Origin: Gemmatimonadales bacterium
GTDB lineage: Bacteria > Gemmatimonadota > Gemmatimonadetes > Gemmatimonadales > GWC2-71-9
Reading direction: 5' to 3'
Length of the DNA: 63,912 bases
NCBI GenBank assembly: GCA_036566495.1
Contig: DATCWE010000049.1
Span: 1-63,912, forward strand
Position numbers and translations under genes: made by a program
Shown here: positions 1 through 9,069 of the stretch, piece after piece
How the letters are laid out: each line of letters opens with the position of its first letter
How positions within the stretch are numbered: position 1 is the first letter of the stretch
The notes under the pieces: model-generated
Told to the model about the DNA's origin: nothing
The model's database searches: none
The model's input: only the letters and a program-made list of their open reading frames with translations

Positions 1-1443
1 GCCGGCCCCGCGGTCGGCCGGCCATCGCTGCTTGCCCAGCTGCTCGGCGATCTCGACCTGCTCGACGACCTCGCCTCCGCGCTTTCGGCCGGCCTGACCG
101 AGCGACCTCCCGCCCTGCTGGCCGACGGAGGAGTCATCCGCGCCGGCTACGATGCGGCGCTCGACGAGAGCCGCGTCCTGCGCGACGGCGGGAAGCAGTT
201 CATCGCCTCGATTCAGCAGCGTGAGCGCGAGCGCACCGGGATCGCCTCGCTCAAGATCGGTTACAACAAGGTCTTCGGCTACTATCTCGAGATCACCCAT
301 GCACACGCCGCGAAGGTGCCGCCGGATTATGAGCGCCGGCAGACCCTCGCCACCGCCGAGCGCTTCGTGACACCGGAGCTGCGCGAGTACGAAGCGAAGG
401 TGCTCGGAGCGGAGGAGCGCATGGCGCAGCGCGAAGCCGAGCTCTTCGCCGAGCTGCGCGGCCGGGTCGGCGGCGCCATCACCCGCGTCCAGCAAACCGC
501 GCGCGCGCTCGCCCGCCTGGACGTCTGGACCGGCTTGGCGGAAGCCGCGGTGGCCAATCGCTATGTCCGCCCCCTGGTGACCGACGGCTTCGACATCGAG
601 CTCGTCGCTTCACGCCACGCGGTACTCGAGCGCCTGATGCCGCGCGAAGCCTTCATGCCCAACGACGTGCGCTTCGACCTTGCGGCGCGCGTCCAGCTGG
701 TCACCGGGCCTAACATGGCGGGCAAGAGCACCATCCTCCGCCAGATCGGGCTCTGCATCATCCTGGCGCAGCTCGGCAGCTTCGTGCCCTGTGACGCCGC
801 CAGCATCGGCGTGGTGGACCGCTTGTTCACGCGGGTCGGCGCCTCCGACAATCTCGCGCGCGGACAGTCCACCTTCATGGTGGAGATGAGCGAGACCAGC
901 GCGATCCTCCACGGCGCTACCCAGCGGTCGCTGGTCCTGCTCGACGAGATCGGACGGGGCACCTCCACCTACGACGGCGTGGCGATCGCCTGGGCGGTGA
1001 CCGAGTTCCTGCACGATCGCGTCGGCTGCAAGACGATGTTTGCGACCCACTACCACGAGCTGATGCAGCTGCCTGAGCGCCTGCAGCACGCCCGCAACTT
1101 CAACGTCGCGGTTCGCGAAACGGAGGGGAAGGTCGTCTTCCTCCACCGCCTCGAACCGGGGGGCACCGATCGCAGCTACGGGATTCACGTTGCTCAGCTG
1201 GCGGGACTGCCGCGTGAAGTCGTGACGCGGGCAACCGCCGTGCTCAAGACACTGGAGGGCGAACACCGCGTCGTGCCCGGGGCGCCGGACGCCGACCCGG
1301 ACCCGGGCCAGCTCCCCCTGTTTGTCGAAACCAGGGACGCTGCCCTCGAAGAGCTCCGCAGCCTCGATCTCAACACGATCACTCCGCTTGAGGCGCTCAA
1401 CCGCCTGGCGGAGTTTCAGCGGCGGGCCAGCGGACGTGCCTGA
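1..1443 (+). CDS. mutS: DNA mismatch repair protein MutS, C-terminal part (5' end outside window)
   Basis: Frame 1 is open from base 1. The translation contains YNKVFGYYLEITHAH, Walker A GPNMAGKST, DEIGRGTSTYDG and ATHYHEL, which are typical of the MutS ATPase domain. Confidence 0.95.
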   Translation, partial: AGPAVGRPSLLAQLLGDLDLLDDLASALSAGLTERPPALLADGGVIRAGYDAALDESRVLRDGGKQFIASIQQRERERTGIASLKIGYNKVFGYYLEITHAHAAKVPPDYERRQTLATAERFVTPELREYEAKVLGAEERMAQREAELFAELRGRVGGAITRVQQTARALARLDVWTGLAEAAVANRYVRPLVTDGFDIELVASRHAVLERLMPREAFMPNDVRFDLAARVQLVTGPNMAGKSTILRQIGLCIILAQLGSFVPCDAASIGVVDRLFTRVGASDNLARGQSTFMVEMSETSAILHGATQRSLVLLDEIGRGTSTYDGVAIAWAVTEFLHDRVGCKTMFATHYHELMQLPERLQHARNFNVAVRETEGKVVFLHRLEPGGTDRSYGIHVAQLAGLPREVVTRATAVLKTLEGEHRVVPGAPDADPDPGQLPLFVETRDAALEELRSLDLNTITPLEALNRLAEFQRRASGRA

Positions 1444-1462
1444 ACCACAGTACTTTTTCCCC

Positions 1463-1888
1463 ATGCAACGGGTGCGGCCTCTTGGAGTCGGGTTACTGCT
1501 CGCTGGTCTCGCGGCAGGCGGCTGCGGTCGGAAAGCCGAAACCACTTTGGCGCTCCCCGCCGATCCGGCCGCGCCCGTGGCCAGGGGCGAAGAGCCTCCC
1601 GTGGCGCTGGATCCCGAATCGCCGGTGGTCTACCCGGCAGCCGTGTATCAGCAGGGCATCAGCGGCACCGTCTTGCTGCGCCTGTACGTGGACGAAACCG
1701 GGCGGGTCGCTCCGGATTCCACCCGCGTGCAGGAATCGAGTGGCTACCCCGCCCTTGACTCGGCGGCGTTGGCTGCGGCACCCCGGCTGCGCTATGCCCC
1801 CGCGCTCCGCAACGGAGTGGCCATCGCGACCCTCTTCAGCCAGCCGATCCGTTTCCGCCATCCCGATCGGGGGGGAACGACTCCATGA
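1463..1888 (+). CDS. TonB C-terminal domain-containing lipoprotein
   Basis: ATG at 1463. Signal peptide with lipobox-like LLAGLAAGGC. The C-terminal YPAAVYQQGISGTVLLRLYVDETGRV...RYAPALRNG resembles the TonB_C fold. Confidence 0.6.
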   Translation: MQRVRPLGVGLLLAGLAAGGCGRKAETTLALPADPAAPVARGEEPPVALDPESPVVYPAAVYQQGISGTVLLRLYVDETGRVAPDSTRVQESSGYPALDSAALAAAPRLRYAPALRNGVAIATLFSQPIRFRHPDRGGTTP

Positions 1889-1999
1889 AGCCGCAACATC
1901 TGGAACCCTACGAATCGGCGCTCGATACCTCGGTTGAACCCCCCCTGCTGCAGCAGCTGATTGGGACCCGATGATCGGGCTGCAGGAAGCCTGACTCCA

Positions 2000-3001
2000 A
2001 TGCGGATCACCGTGCTGACCGGCGGAACCTCGAGCGAGCGCGATGTGGCCATCGCTTCCGCGGTCCAGATCGTCCGTGCGCTGCGGAGCAGGGGACATGT
2101 CGTGGCGGTGGTGGATACCGCCCGCGGCTTCATCCCGCAGACCGAGGAAGCACGGCTGCTCTCCGGCTCGGTGGGCAAGCAGCCGCCGGCCATCTCTGAG
2201 CTCATGGCCCTCGAGCGCGGCCTCCTGCTCTCGGGGCTGGCCGGCCTCCCGGTCATCCGCGACGCGGAGGTCCTGTTTCTTGCCCTGCACGGTGGCCGCG
2301 GGGAGGATGGCACCCTTCAGGCGGTGCTCGACGTCATGGGGGTGCCCTACACGGGGAGCCGCTCGCTTGGCAGCGGCCTGGCCATGAACAAGGACATTGC
2401 CAAGCGGCTCTTCCGGGTGGCCGGGGTGCCCACGCCAGACTGGCTGATGGCCCCTGCCAGCGTTGAGGAAGCGGAGCGGAGGCTCGGCTGGCCGATGGTA
2501 GTGAAACCCTGCAAGGAAGGCTCGACCGTCGGACTCAGCATCCTGAAGGAGCCGGAGGGTTATGACAATGCCGTGGCGCTGGCCGCGCGCTATGATTCAG
2601 AGGTCCTGCTCGAAGCCTTTGTGCCGGGTCGCGAGCTGACCGTGGGGATTCTGGAGGGTCGTGCTCTGGCGGTTGGCGAGATCATCCCGCAACATGAGAT
2701 CTTCGACTACGAGTGTAAGTACACGCCCGGAATGTCCCAGGAGATCTTTCCCGCCGACCTTGCTCCTCCCATCGGCGCAGAATGCTGCAGGCTCGGCCTG
2801 CTCGCCCACCAGGCCTTGAAACTGGGCGGATACTCCCGGGTGGATTTTCGCTTGACACCGGAGGGAGAATTGCTCTGTTTAGAAGCGAACGCCCTGCCGG
2901 GAATGACTGCGACGAGCCTCCTCCCACAGTCCGCGGCGGCCGTCGGCATCTCCTTTGCGGAGCTGTGCGAGCGCATCTGTCTCGCCAGCGGGAAAGCATG
3001 A
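2000..3001 (+). CDS. ddl: D-alanine--D-alanine ligase
   Basis: Starts MRITVLTGGTSSERDVA. ATP-grasp body (VVKPCKEGSTVG, EANALPGMT) and a typical length of about 333 aa. Confidence 0.9.
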   Translation: MRITVLTGGTSSERDVAIASAVQIVRALRSRGHVVAVVDTARGFIPQTEEARLLSGSVGKQPPAISELMALERGLLLSGLAGLPVIRDAEVLFLALHGGRGEDGTLQAVLDVMGVPYTGSRSLGSGLAMNKDIAKRLFRVAGVPTPDWLMAPASVEEAERRLGWPMVVKPCKEGSTVGLSILKEPEGYDNAVALAARYDSEVLLEAFVPGRELTVGILEGRALAVGEIIPQHEIFDYECKYTPGMSQEIFPADLAPPIGAECCRLGLLAHQALKLGGYSRVDFRLTPEGELLCLEANALPGMTATSLLPQSAAAVGISFAELCERICLASGKA

Positions 3002-3855
3002 GCAAAAGCCGGCTGAAACTCGCCCCCTCCGATTCGCGGCTGACCCCTTGGGTTGGCCGGATCATGCTGGTCAATGCGGTTGTTCTGGTGCTGCTCCAGA
3101 CCGTGTTCACCGCTCCGCTCTTTACCGATGCCCTCCAGTTTACTTCGGGTCAGGCACTCAACCGCCCCTGGACCTTCTTCTCCTATATGTTCGTGCACGG
3201 AGGAGTGCTCCACCTCGCCGGCAACCTCCTGCTGCTCTTCGTGTTCGGGCCCCCGGTCGAGCGCCGGATCGGGGGCCGGGCGTTCCTGCTTTACTATGTC
3301 TATTGCGGCGTGGGCGCCGCGGCTTTCACGCTGGGGCTCGGCTCGTTGTTTGACGTACCGCCCCTGATGGGGGCTTCCGGCGCCGTGCTCGGCACCGCCT
3401 TCGCCTTCGCCTTTGCCGAGCCCGAAGCAACCACCGCCCTGCTCCCGCTCCCGATCCGCGTGAGCGCGCGCGCGCTCGTGGCCCTGCTGGCCGGCGTCAA
3501 CCTGGTGCTGGCGCTCTGGTTCAATGACGGTGCCGCCCACCTCGGCTACTTGGGCGGGCTGGCCGCCGGCTATGTCTGTTTCCGGATTCAAAGTCTGGCG
3601 GCGCGGCGCCAGCGGGGAGAGCCCAAGAGCATCGCCCGGCGTCCCGTGATGACACCCATCCCGGTTCGCCAAGGGGGGGCGGTCACCGAGGTCCGTCCCG
3701 CGCTCGCGCGCCCCGAGCCGCGCGAAGAGTATCCTGCAGAAGAATTGGATCGCGTGCTCGACAAGATCAGCGCCTTCGGAATCGAGAGCCTCACCGCGGA
3801 TGAGCGGCGGTTCCTCGACGAGGTCTCCAAACGCAAGCGAAAGGACCTTCACTAG
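2998..3855 (+). CDS. rhomboid family intramembrane serine protease
   Basis: ATG overlaps the ddl stop (ATGA). Multi-TM protein with HLAGNLL and GASGAVLG (GxSG) motifs. Confidence 0.8.
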   Translation: MSKSRLKLAPSDSRLTPWVGRIMLVNAVVLVLLQTVFTAPLFTDALQFTSGQALNRPWTFFSYMFVHGGVLHLAGNLLLLFVFGPPVERRIGGRAFLLYYVYCGVGAAAFTLGLGSLFDVPPLMGASGAVLGTAFAFAFAEPEATTALLPLPIRVSARALVALLAGVNLVLALWFNDGAAHLGYLGGLAAGYVCFRIQSLAARRQRGEPKSIARRPVMTPIPVRQGGAVTEVRPALARPEPREEYPAEELDRVLDKISAFGIESLTADERRFLDEVSKRKRKDLH

Positions 3856-3876
3856 CAAAGCGCGGCTTCAAGGCTC

Positions 3877-4854
3877 TTGTTTCGCACGCGGCATTTCTTA
3901 TCTTGTCCCGTGCTCATCAATCTTCTCCCCGATTTCCTCGACATTCTCTCACAATCTGACCCCGAAGCGGCCTACCACCGCTTTCTCGATGCCCACCGCC
4001 CGTTGCTCGCCGCCTATTGGAGTAACTACGTCCTCGATCTGGAAAGTCCGCACGCGGCCGAGGTCATCGCTGCCACCGTGCGGGCCGACCGGAGCGACTT
4101 GTTTGCCTTGCTGGATCAGGTGGATGTCGCCCGGATTGTCGAAGAGGCGCTGCGCCGGTCGGAGGAGGTCCTGGAAGTGGATCGTCCCACCGACTGCCTG
4201 CTCATGGTGGGGATGGGTGCCGCAAATGCCGGAGAGCTCGTCCTGAATGGGCGTGGTGTGGCCTTCATCTGCGTGGAGCACTTCACCGATCGCGTCAATC
4301 CGGAGACGTTCGGGATGGGCCTCAGCCCCGAGTTGCTGCCCCTCTGGGTTGCCCACGAGGTGGCTCACACGGTGCGGTATACCTCGCCATCGAGCGAGAG
4401 CGAGCTGCGCCGCCTAGTCGAGGAAGCCGGCGGCAACTACGACTACTGGACTACCGGGAGCCGGGCCACCCTCCGCGAGCACCTGCTGAACGAGGGGCTC
4501 GCGGTGCACGCTTCCCAGGCGGTCGCGCCCGGCATCGACTCGGCGGACTATTTCGGCTATCCCCGCCGCCAATACCAGCGCATGCGAGAGCTTGAGGCGT
4601 TTCTGCGCCGAGCCGCGCACCACGAGCTCGACCGCACCGGCCTGGGGTTGCGGCTCAAGTACCTCTCCGGCGGGATGAGCCCGGCTTCCCGACTCGGACT
4701 CGGCCGCGTCCTCCCGGAGCGGTGCGGCTACTATCTGGGGCACCGCATGGCGGAGCCCCTGGTCACGGCGCGGGGCATCGCCGCCGCCTTACGCGCACCG
4801 GTCACTGCCTTCCAGGCGCTGGAAGACGAGGCCCTCGGATTCAGGACCGCCTGA
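3877..4854 (+). CDS. hypothetical protein with HExxH motif (DUF2268-like putative Zn protease)
   Basis: 325-aa ORF with good GC3 bias. WVAHEVAHTVRY carries HExxH. The start is uncertain: 3877, or an internal GTG. Confidence 0.4.
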   Translation: MFRTRHFLSCPVLINLLPDFLDILSQSDPEAAYHRFLDAHRPLLAAYWSNYVLDLESPHAAEVIAATVRADRSDLFALLDQVDVARIVEEALRRSEEVLEVDRPTDCLLMVGMGAANAGELVLNGRGVAFICVEHFTDRVNPETFGMGLSPELLPLWVAHEVAHTVRYTSPSSESELRRLVEEAGGNYDYWTTGSRATLREHLLNEGLAVHASQAVAPGIDSADYFGYPRRQYQRMRELEAFLRRAAHHELDRTGLGLRLKYLSGGMSPASRLGLGRVLPERCGYYLGHRMAEPLVTARGIAAALRAPVTAFQALEDEALGFRTA

Positions 4855-4904
4855 GCTAAGGGCCTTTTCGCGGCCACGGTCCCTTGCCGGCCTATATTCG
4901 TTGC

Positions 4905-5108
4905 ATGGATACCACCCAACAGACCACGCCCGTAACCATCACCCTCAAACCGGCGGGTCCCATCGTCATCGAGGGCCCCATCACGATCCTCAACAACGCT
5001 GGCGACGTGGTCGAGGCTCCGCCCACCAAGATCCCCGGTCAGGTCAAGCTTTGCGGCTGCGGATTCAGCAAGAACAAGCCGTTTTGTGACGGGAGTCATA
5101 AGAAGTAA
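4905..5108 (+). CDS. CDGSH iron-sulfur domain-containing protein
   Basis: C-terminal CGCGFSKNKPFCDGSHKK signature. The start is taken at MDTTQQ. Confidence 0.8.
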   Translation: MDTTQQTTPVTITLKPAGPIVIEGPITILNNAGDVVEAPPTKIPGQVKLCGCGFSKNKPFCDGSHKK

Positions 5109-5114
5109 GCCAGG

Positions 5115-6446
5115 CTACTTGCCCACGCAGAACCTCGCAAACACCCGTCCGAGAACCTCTTCCGGGTGTACCAGGCCCACCAGCTCTTCCAGTGCCCCGA
5201 CGGCTTCACGGATATGGTGTGCCGCGAGCACCGCATCCTTGCCCAGCTGCGTCCTGGTGGCGCCAAGCGCATCCGCAGCTCGGGAGAGAGCCACCCGGTG
5301 CCGCTCCCTGGTCAGCATCGGTTCAAGCTCGGCAAAGCTCCCCGCAAAGCTGAACAGTCGTTGGGCCATGGCGCGGCGCAGCCGGTCGATCCCTTCGGCT
5401 GTGACCACGGAGACCGGAATCCCCTCCTCACTCTCCCGCTCGGCGACGGGCACGAGATCGGCCTTGCAGCGCACCAGCAGGCTCGGGCGCTCCTCGAGTA
5501 ACTCCCGCTCCTCCGGTGCCACCATCCGACCGGCTTCGACACAGAGCAGCAGGAGGTCCGCGGCCGCCACATAGCGACGGCTGACCTCGATGCCCATCCG
5601 CTCGAGTCGCTCTCCCGCTTCCCGGAGACCGGCGGTATCCGCCAGCCGCACCGGCCATCCCTCCACATCGCTCAGGGCCTCGATGGTGTCGCGAGTCGTA
5701 CCCGGTATCTCGGTCACCAGCGAACGGCTGATGCCGAGCAGGGCATTGAAGAGCGAGGATTTGCCCGCGTTCGGACGACCCGCCAGCACCACCAGGGCGC
5801 CTTCCCGGAGTCGCAGGCCCGCCGGCGCGGTCGCCAGGAGACCCGTCACCGCCGTGGCGGCGGTCTCGAGGCGGTTGCGGATTCGCTCGAGGGGTACCGG
5901 TCCATCATCCTCTTCGGGAAAATCGATATCGTAGGCCAGGAGCGCCAGCAGTTCGAGCAGTTCTTCGCGCAGGGCGAGCAAGCGGCGCGAGAGTCCACCC
6001 TCGAGCTGATGTAGCGCTGCCCTGCCCTGCGCCGGCGCCGTCGCATCGATCAGATCTCCCACGGCTTCGGCTTGCAGCAGGTCCAGTTTGCCGTTCAGCA
6101 AGGCGCGGCGGGTAAACTCACCCGGCTCGGCGCCGCGCGCTCCGGCCGCCTGCAGGGCAGCCAGTAGTTGCGCCGGCGCCAGCAGGCCGCCGTGGCACGC
6201 GAGTTCGACGAGATCCTCGCCGGTATAGCTGTGGGGTCCGCGAAAAACCGTCACCAGCCCTTCGTCGAGGGCGGTTCCGTCGGCCGCCAGGAAGCGCGCG
6301 AGTACGGCGACCCGATCCGGAAAGCTCTCCACGCCGGGAACCACCCGTCCGGCGACCGCAAGCGCGCCCTTTCCCGATAGCCGCACCACGGAGATCGCGG
6401 AGCGGCCCGGCGGCGTCGCCAGGGCGGCAATGGGGTCCGAGAGCAG
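5115..6446 (-). CDS. mnmE: tRNA modification GTPase MnmE
   Basis: G-domain GRPNAGKSSLFNAL and DTAGLRE, with a C-terminal FCVGK. The conserved N-terminal IAALATPPGRSAISVVRLSG lies upstream of the first GTG (6389). The proposed CTG start at 6446 has AGGAGG 8 nt upstream. The conservative call is 5115..6389. Confidence 0.85.
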   Translation of the reverse strand: MLSDPIAALATPPGRSAISVVRLSGKGALAVAGRVVPGVESFPDRVAVLARFLAADGTALDEGLVTVFRGPHSYTGEDLVELACHGGLLAPAQLLAALQAAGARGAEPGEFTRRALLNGKLDLLQAEAVGDLIDATAPAQGRAALHQLEGGLSRRLLALREELLELLALLAYDIDFPEEDDGPVPLERIRNRLETAATAVTGLLATAPAGLRLREGALVVLAGRPNAGKSSLFNALLGISRSLVTEIPGTTRDTIEALSDVEGWPVRLADTAGLREAGERLERMGIEVSRRYVAAADLLLLCVEAGRMVAPEERELLEERPSLLVRCKADLVPVAERESEEGIPVSVVTAEGIDRLRRAMAQRLFSFAGSFAELEPMLTRERHRVALSRAADALGATRTQLGKDAVLAAHHIREAVGALEELVGLVHPEEVLGRVFARFCVGK

Positions 6447-6458
6447 GCCGCCGGCCTC

Positions 6459-8174
6459 CTACTTCTTGGGGGGGAGCGTCTTCGGCGGCGGGACGGGATT
6501 CCGGCGCAGCCGCTCCCGTGACAAGAGCCACTGCTGCGGCAGGCTCGCCACGTTCATCACCGTGTAGTACAGATTGAGCCCCGAGGCGAAGCGCAGGAAG
6601 AGGAAGGTCATCATCGCCGGCATCACATAGACCATCATCTTGGTCTGCGGATTGGGCGGCATCCCGCGCTGGCCGGTCCAACTCAGCACCAGCATCGAGA
6701 TCCCCATCAGAATGGGAATGGCGTACGTCGGGTCGGGCCGGGAAAGATCGGGCAGCCAGAGGAAAGAGGCTCCCCGCAGTTCGATGGTATTCTGAAAGAC
6801 GAAAAAGAATGCGAACAGGATCGGGATCGGCAGCAGCATCGGCCAGCAGCCGCCCAGCGGGTTGACGTTGTGCTCCTTGTAGAGCTTGAACATCTCCTGT
6901 TGCAGCTTCTGGGGATCACCTTTGTGTCTTTCCTGCAGCTCCTTGATCAGCGGCTGCACCGCCTGCATTGCCATCGTCGAGCGCATGGCCTTCTGGTTGA
7001 GCGGCCACAGCACGATGCGGATCGCGATGCCGAAGAGGATCAGCCCGAAGCCATAGGCCAGCCCGACCCCGTCGTGCAGCCAGACCAGCAGCGACCGCGC
7101 CCCCAGAGCTACCGGACGAATGATCGTGCGCAGCCCCGGCCAGCCGTATGGATTGATGTCGTCGAAATCATGCCCGATCGCGCGGAGCCTGGGGTATTCC
7201 ATCGGACCCGCATAGAGCTGAAACCGGAACGAACCGGCCGCAGGGACCTGCAACCCTGCCGTCACGTTGGCTCGCGCAGGCATCTTCACGAGTTCCGTCG
7301 CTACGGCGCTTGCCCCGCTGATGCCGCCGTTCCGCTCGGCGCCCGTGCTGTCCAGCGCCAGCAAAGCCGTCACGAAATACTTGGATTTTATCGCCACCCA
7401 TTCGAAGGGGCCGTCGAAGGCCACGGGACGCGGCACGTAGAGGTCGCCTGCCTTGCGAATCAGGCCGGTGAATCGCGTCAGACTGGCTTTCCCGTCCTTG
7501 ACCACGACCCCCAGCTCGCGATGGTGTTCCAGGCTGTCGGATTCCGTGTTCCGCAGCCCCGGCCCCATCCCGATGAGCAGCACGGCACCGTTGGGGCCGG
7601 CGCCCTCGATACGGCCGGTCACATCCACCAAGTAGGTGTCCGGCCGGAACGTGTAGGTCAGCGAGACCGCCAGCCCGCCTTGTTGTGCGGTGAACGTGAA
7701 TGGTGTCGGCTCGCTGATGTTGAGCGATGGCGCGGAAGGCGTAAAGTGCCAGTCCTGCAGCGCGAGCGTGTCCCGGCCGACCAGCAGAGCGAGCGACAGC
7801 AGCTCGCTCCCCAGGGCGAGAATCTGAGCGGGCTGGGCCCGGTCCTCCGGACGCATGGACCGATAGGTCAGGAAGGTCGCCGCCACCATCCGTCCGCCGC
7901 GGGTGCTGAAGGCGTAGCGGTACAGAGGGGAGCTAACGACGATGGTGTCCTCGTGAGGCGCCGCAATGGAGTCGCTGGCGCGGACCGGCGCCCCGGTGGC
8001 TGGTTGCACCCCAGGTGCACCCGCGGTCAGGGTGTCCGACCGTACCGCCGGCTGAACGGTGTCCGCCGGCCCGCCGGGTCGCCCCACCGCCGGCGGCGGC
8101 CGTTTCATGAACAACGACGGCACGACGAGCACCGCCATCATCAGCAGGACGGCCAGTATGACGCGACGATCCAT
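6459..8174 (-). CDS. yidC: membrane protein insertase YidC
   Basis: 571 aa. N-terminal TM, large periplasmic domain, and the C-terminal 60-kDa IMP core (LWPLNQKAMRS...KLYKEHNVNPLGGCWPMLLPIPILFAFF). Conserved position next to yidD and rnpA. Confidence 0.95.
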   Translation of the reverse strand: MDRRVILAVLLMMAVLVVPSLFMKRPPPAVGRPGGPADTVQPAVRSDTLTAGAPGVQPATGAPVRASDSIAAPHEDTIVVSSPLYRYAFSTRGGRMVAATFLTYRSMRPEDRAQPAQILALGSELLSLALLVGRDTLALQDWHFTPSAPSLNISEPTPFTFTAQQGGLAVSLTYTFRPDTYLVDVTGRIEGAGPNGAVLLIGMGPGLRNTESDSLEHHRELGVVVKDGKASLTRFTGLIRKAGDLYVPRPVAFDGPFEWVAIKSKYFVTALLALDSTGAERNGGISGASAVATELVKMPARANVTAGLQVPAAGSFRFQLYAGPMEYPRLRAIGHDFDDINPYGWPGLRTIIRPVALGARSLLVWLHDGVGLAYGFGLILFGIAIRIVLWPLNQKAMRSTMAMQAVQPLIKELQERHKGDPQKLQQEMFKLYKEHNVNPLGGCWPMLLPIPILFAFFFVFQNTIELRGASFLWLPDLSRPDPTYAIPILMGISMLVLSWTGQRGMPPNPQTKMMVYVMPAMMTFLFLRFASGLNLYYTVMNVASLPQQWLLSRERLRRNPVPPPKTLPPKK

Positions 8175-8194
8175 AGGGGAGGGTCTCGGAGATC

Positions 8195-8425
8195 CTACGG
8201 GACGGGGTCGAAGCCGCCCGGATTGAAGGGGTGACAGCGCACGATCCGCCGCGCGCCCAGCCAGCCGCCGCGCACCAACCCGTGCCGCTCAATCGCCTCC
8301 AGCGTGTACTGCGAGCAGCTGGGCGAGAACCGGCAGCTGGACGGCAAGGCCGGCGAGACGACCCGCTGATAACCGCGGATCAGCAGCATTCCCAGCCGGC
8401 GTGGCCACAATAGGATCGCCGCCAC
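8195..8425 (-). CDS. yidD: membrane protein insertion efficiency factor YidD
   Basis: [12 protein letters not shown]...[19 protein letters not shown]...[16 protein letters not shown] matches the YidD family. Confidence 0.9.
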   Translation of the reverse strand: MAAILLWPRRLGMLLIRGYQRVVSPALPSSCRFSPSCSQYTLEAIERHGLVRGGWLGARRIVRCHPFNPGGFDPVP

Positions 8426-8429
8426 CTGA

Positions 8430-8774
8430 TCACGCCAGCGCCGAGCGCCAGGCGAGCAACTCGTCCCGCAGGACCCCGAATCCGGCCCCGTAGGTTTCCC
8501 GCCGCGCGCGAATCACGACGTCCCATGCCGGCATCGCTCCCATCAGTTCCCGGCGCCACAGTTCCTTGAGCCGCCGGCGCAAACGATTGCGGGCCACCCC
8601 GGTGGATTGGAACTTCGGTACGATGAGTCCCATCCGCGGATGGCCCGCCTGATTGTCTGCCCACAGCACATCGAGGTGCGGAAGCCGCCTCCGTCGCCCT
8701 GTCCTTTGCACCCGATCGAGCTCCGCCGTGCGGGCAAGGCGACGCGCGCGCGGAAACCGCTCGCCTGCCGTCAA
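8430..8774 (-). CDS. rnpA: ribonuclease P protein component
   Basis: [22 protein letters not shown]...[22 protein letters not shown] is RnpA-like. The TTG at 8774 overlaps the rpmH TGA (TTGA). The longer ATG start at 8858 would overlap rpmH by 87 nt. Confidence 0.8.
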   Translation of the reverse strand: MTAGERFPRARRLARTAELDRVQRTGRRRRLPHLDVLWADNQAGHPRMGLIVPKFQSTGVARNRLRRRLKELWRRELMGAMPAWDVVIRARRETYGAGFGVLRDELLAWRSALA

Positions 8775-8932
8775 CGCCCTCCGTGCTTCGAAGGAACCTT
8801 GACCGTCAATCGTTTGCGGCCCTTCTTGCGACGGCGAGACAGCACCTCGCGACCCCACCGATCGGCCATCCGGGCGCGAAACCCGTGGCGATTGAGGCGC
8901 TTGCGATTGCGAGGTCGATAGGTCGGCTGCAT
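8771..8932 (-). CDS. rpmH: 50S ribosomal protein L34
   Basis: [44 protein letters not shown] is an L34 signature. Classical position divergent from dnaA. Confidence 0.9.
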   Translation of the reverse strand: MQPTYRPRNRKRLNRHGFRARMADRWGREVLSRRRKKGRKRLTVKVPSKHGGR

Positions 8933-8961
8933 GCGAATTCCAGTTCCCCAGTGAGCCCGCA

Positions 8962-8991
8962 AAGCTAGCGAAATCAGGCCCCTCAGGTCAA
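8962..8991 (-). promoter_or_regulatory. putative sigma70-type promoter of rpmH-rnpA operon
   Basis: Minus strand reads TTGACC (8991-8986), an 18-nt spacer, then TAGCTT (8967-8962), about 30 nt upstream of the rpmH ATG. Confidence 0.3.
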
Positions 8992-8993
8992 GG

Positions 8994-9022
8994 TTGACTT
9001 TTCCACAACCGGGTCGTAGCTT
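8994..9022 (+). promoter_or_regulatory. putative dnaA promoter with embedded DnaA-box-like 9-mer
   Basis: TTGACT (8994-8999), a 17-nt spacer, then TAGCTT (9017-9022). The spacer contains TTTTCCACA (8999-9007), an 8/9 match to the DnaA box TTATCCACA. Confidence 0.35.
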
Positions 9023-9069
9023 CGCCTGCCCCAATAACATCCCTACCGGCATTTCGACCGAACGATCGC

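Noticed and set aside
8775-8858. Longer rnpA start at ATG 8858, as in the ORF track.
   Set aside because: It would overlap rpmH by 87 nt in another frame. The TTG at 8774 sits just before the conserved FPRARRL N-terminus and overlaps the rpmH stop.
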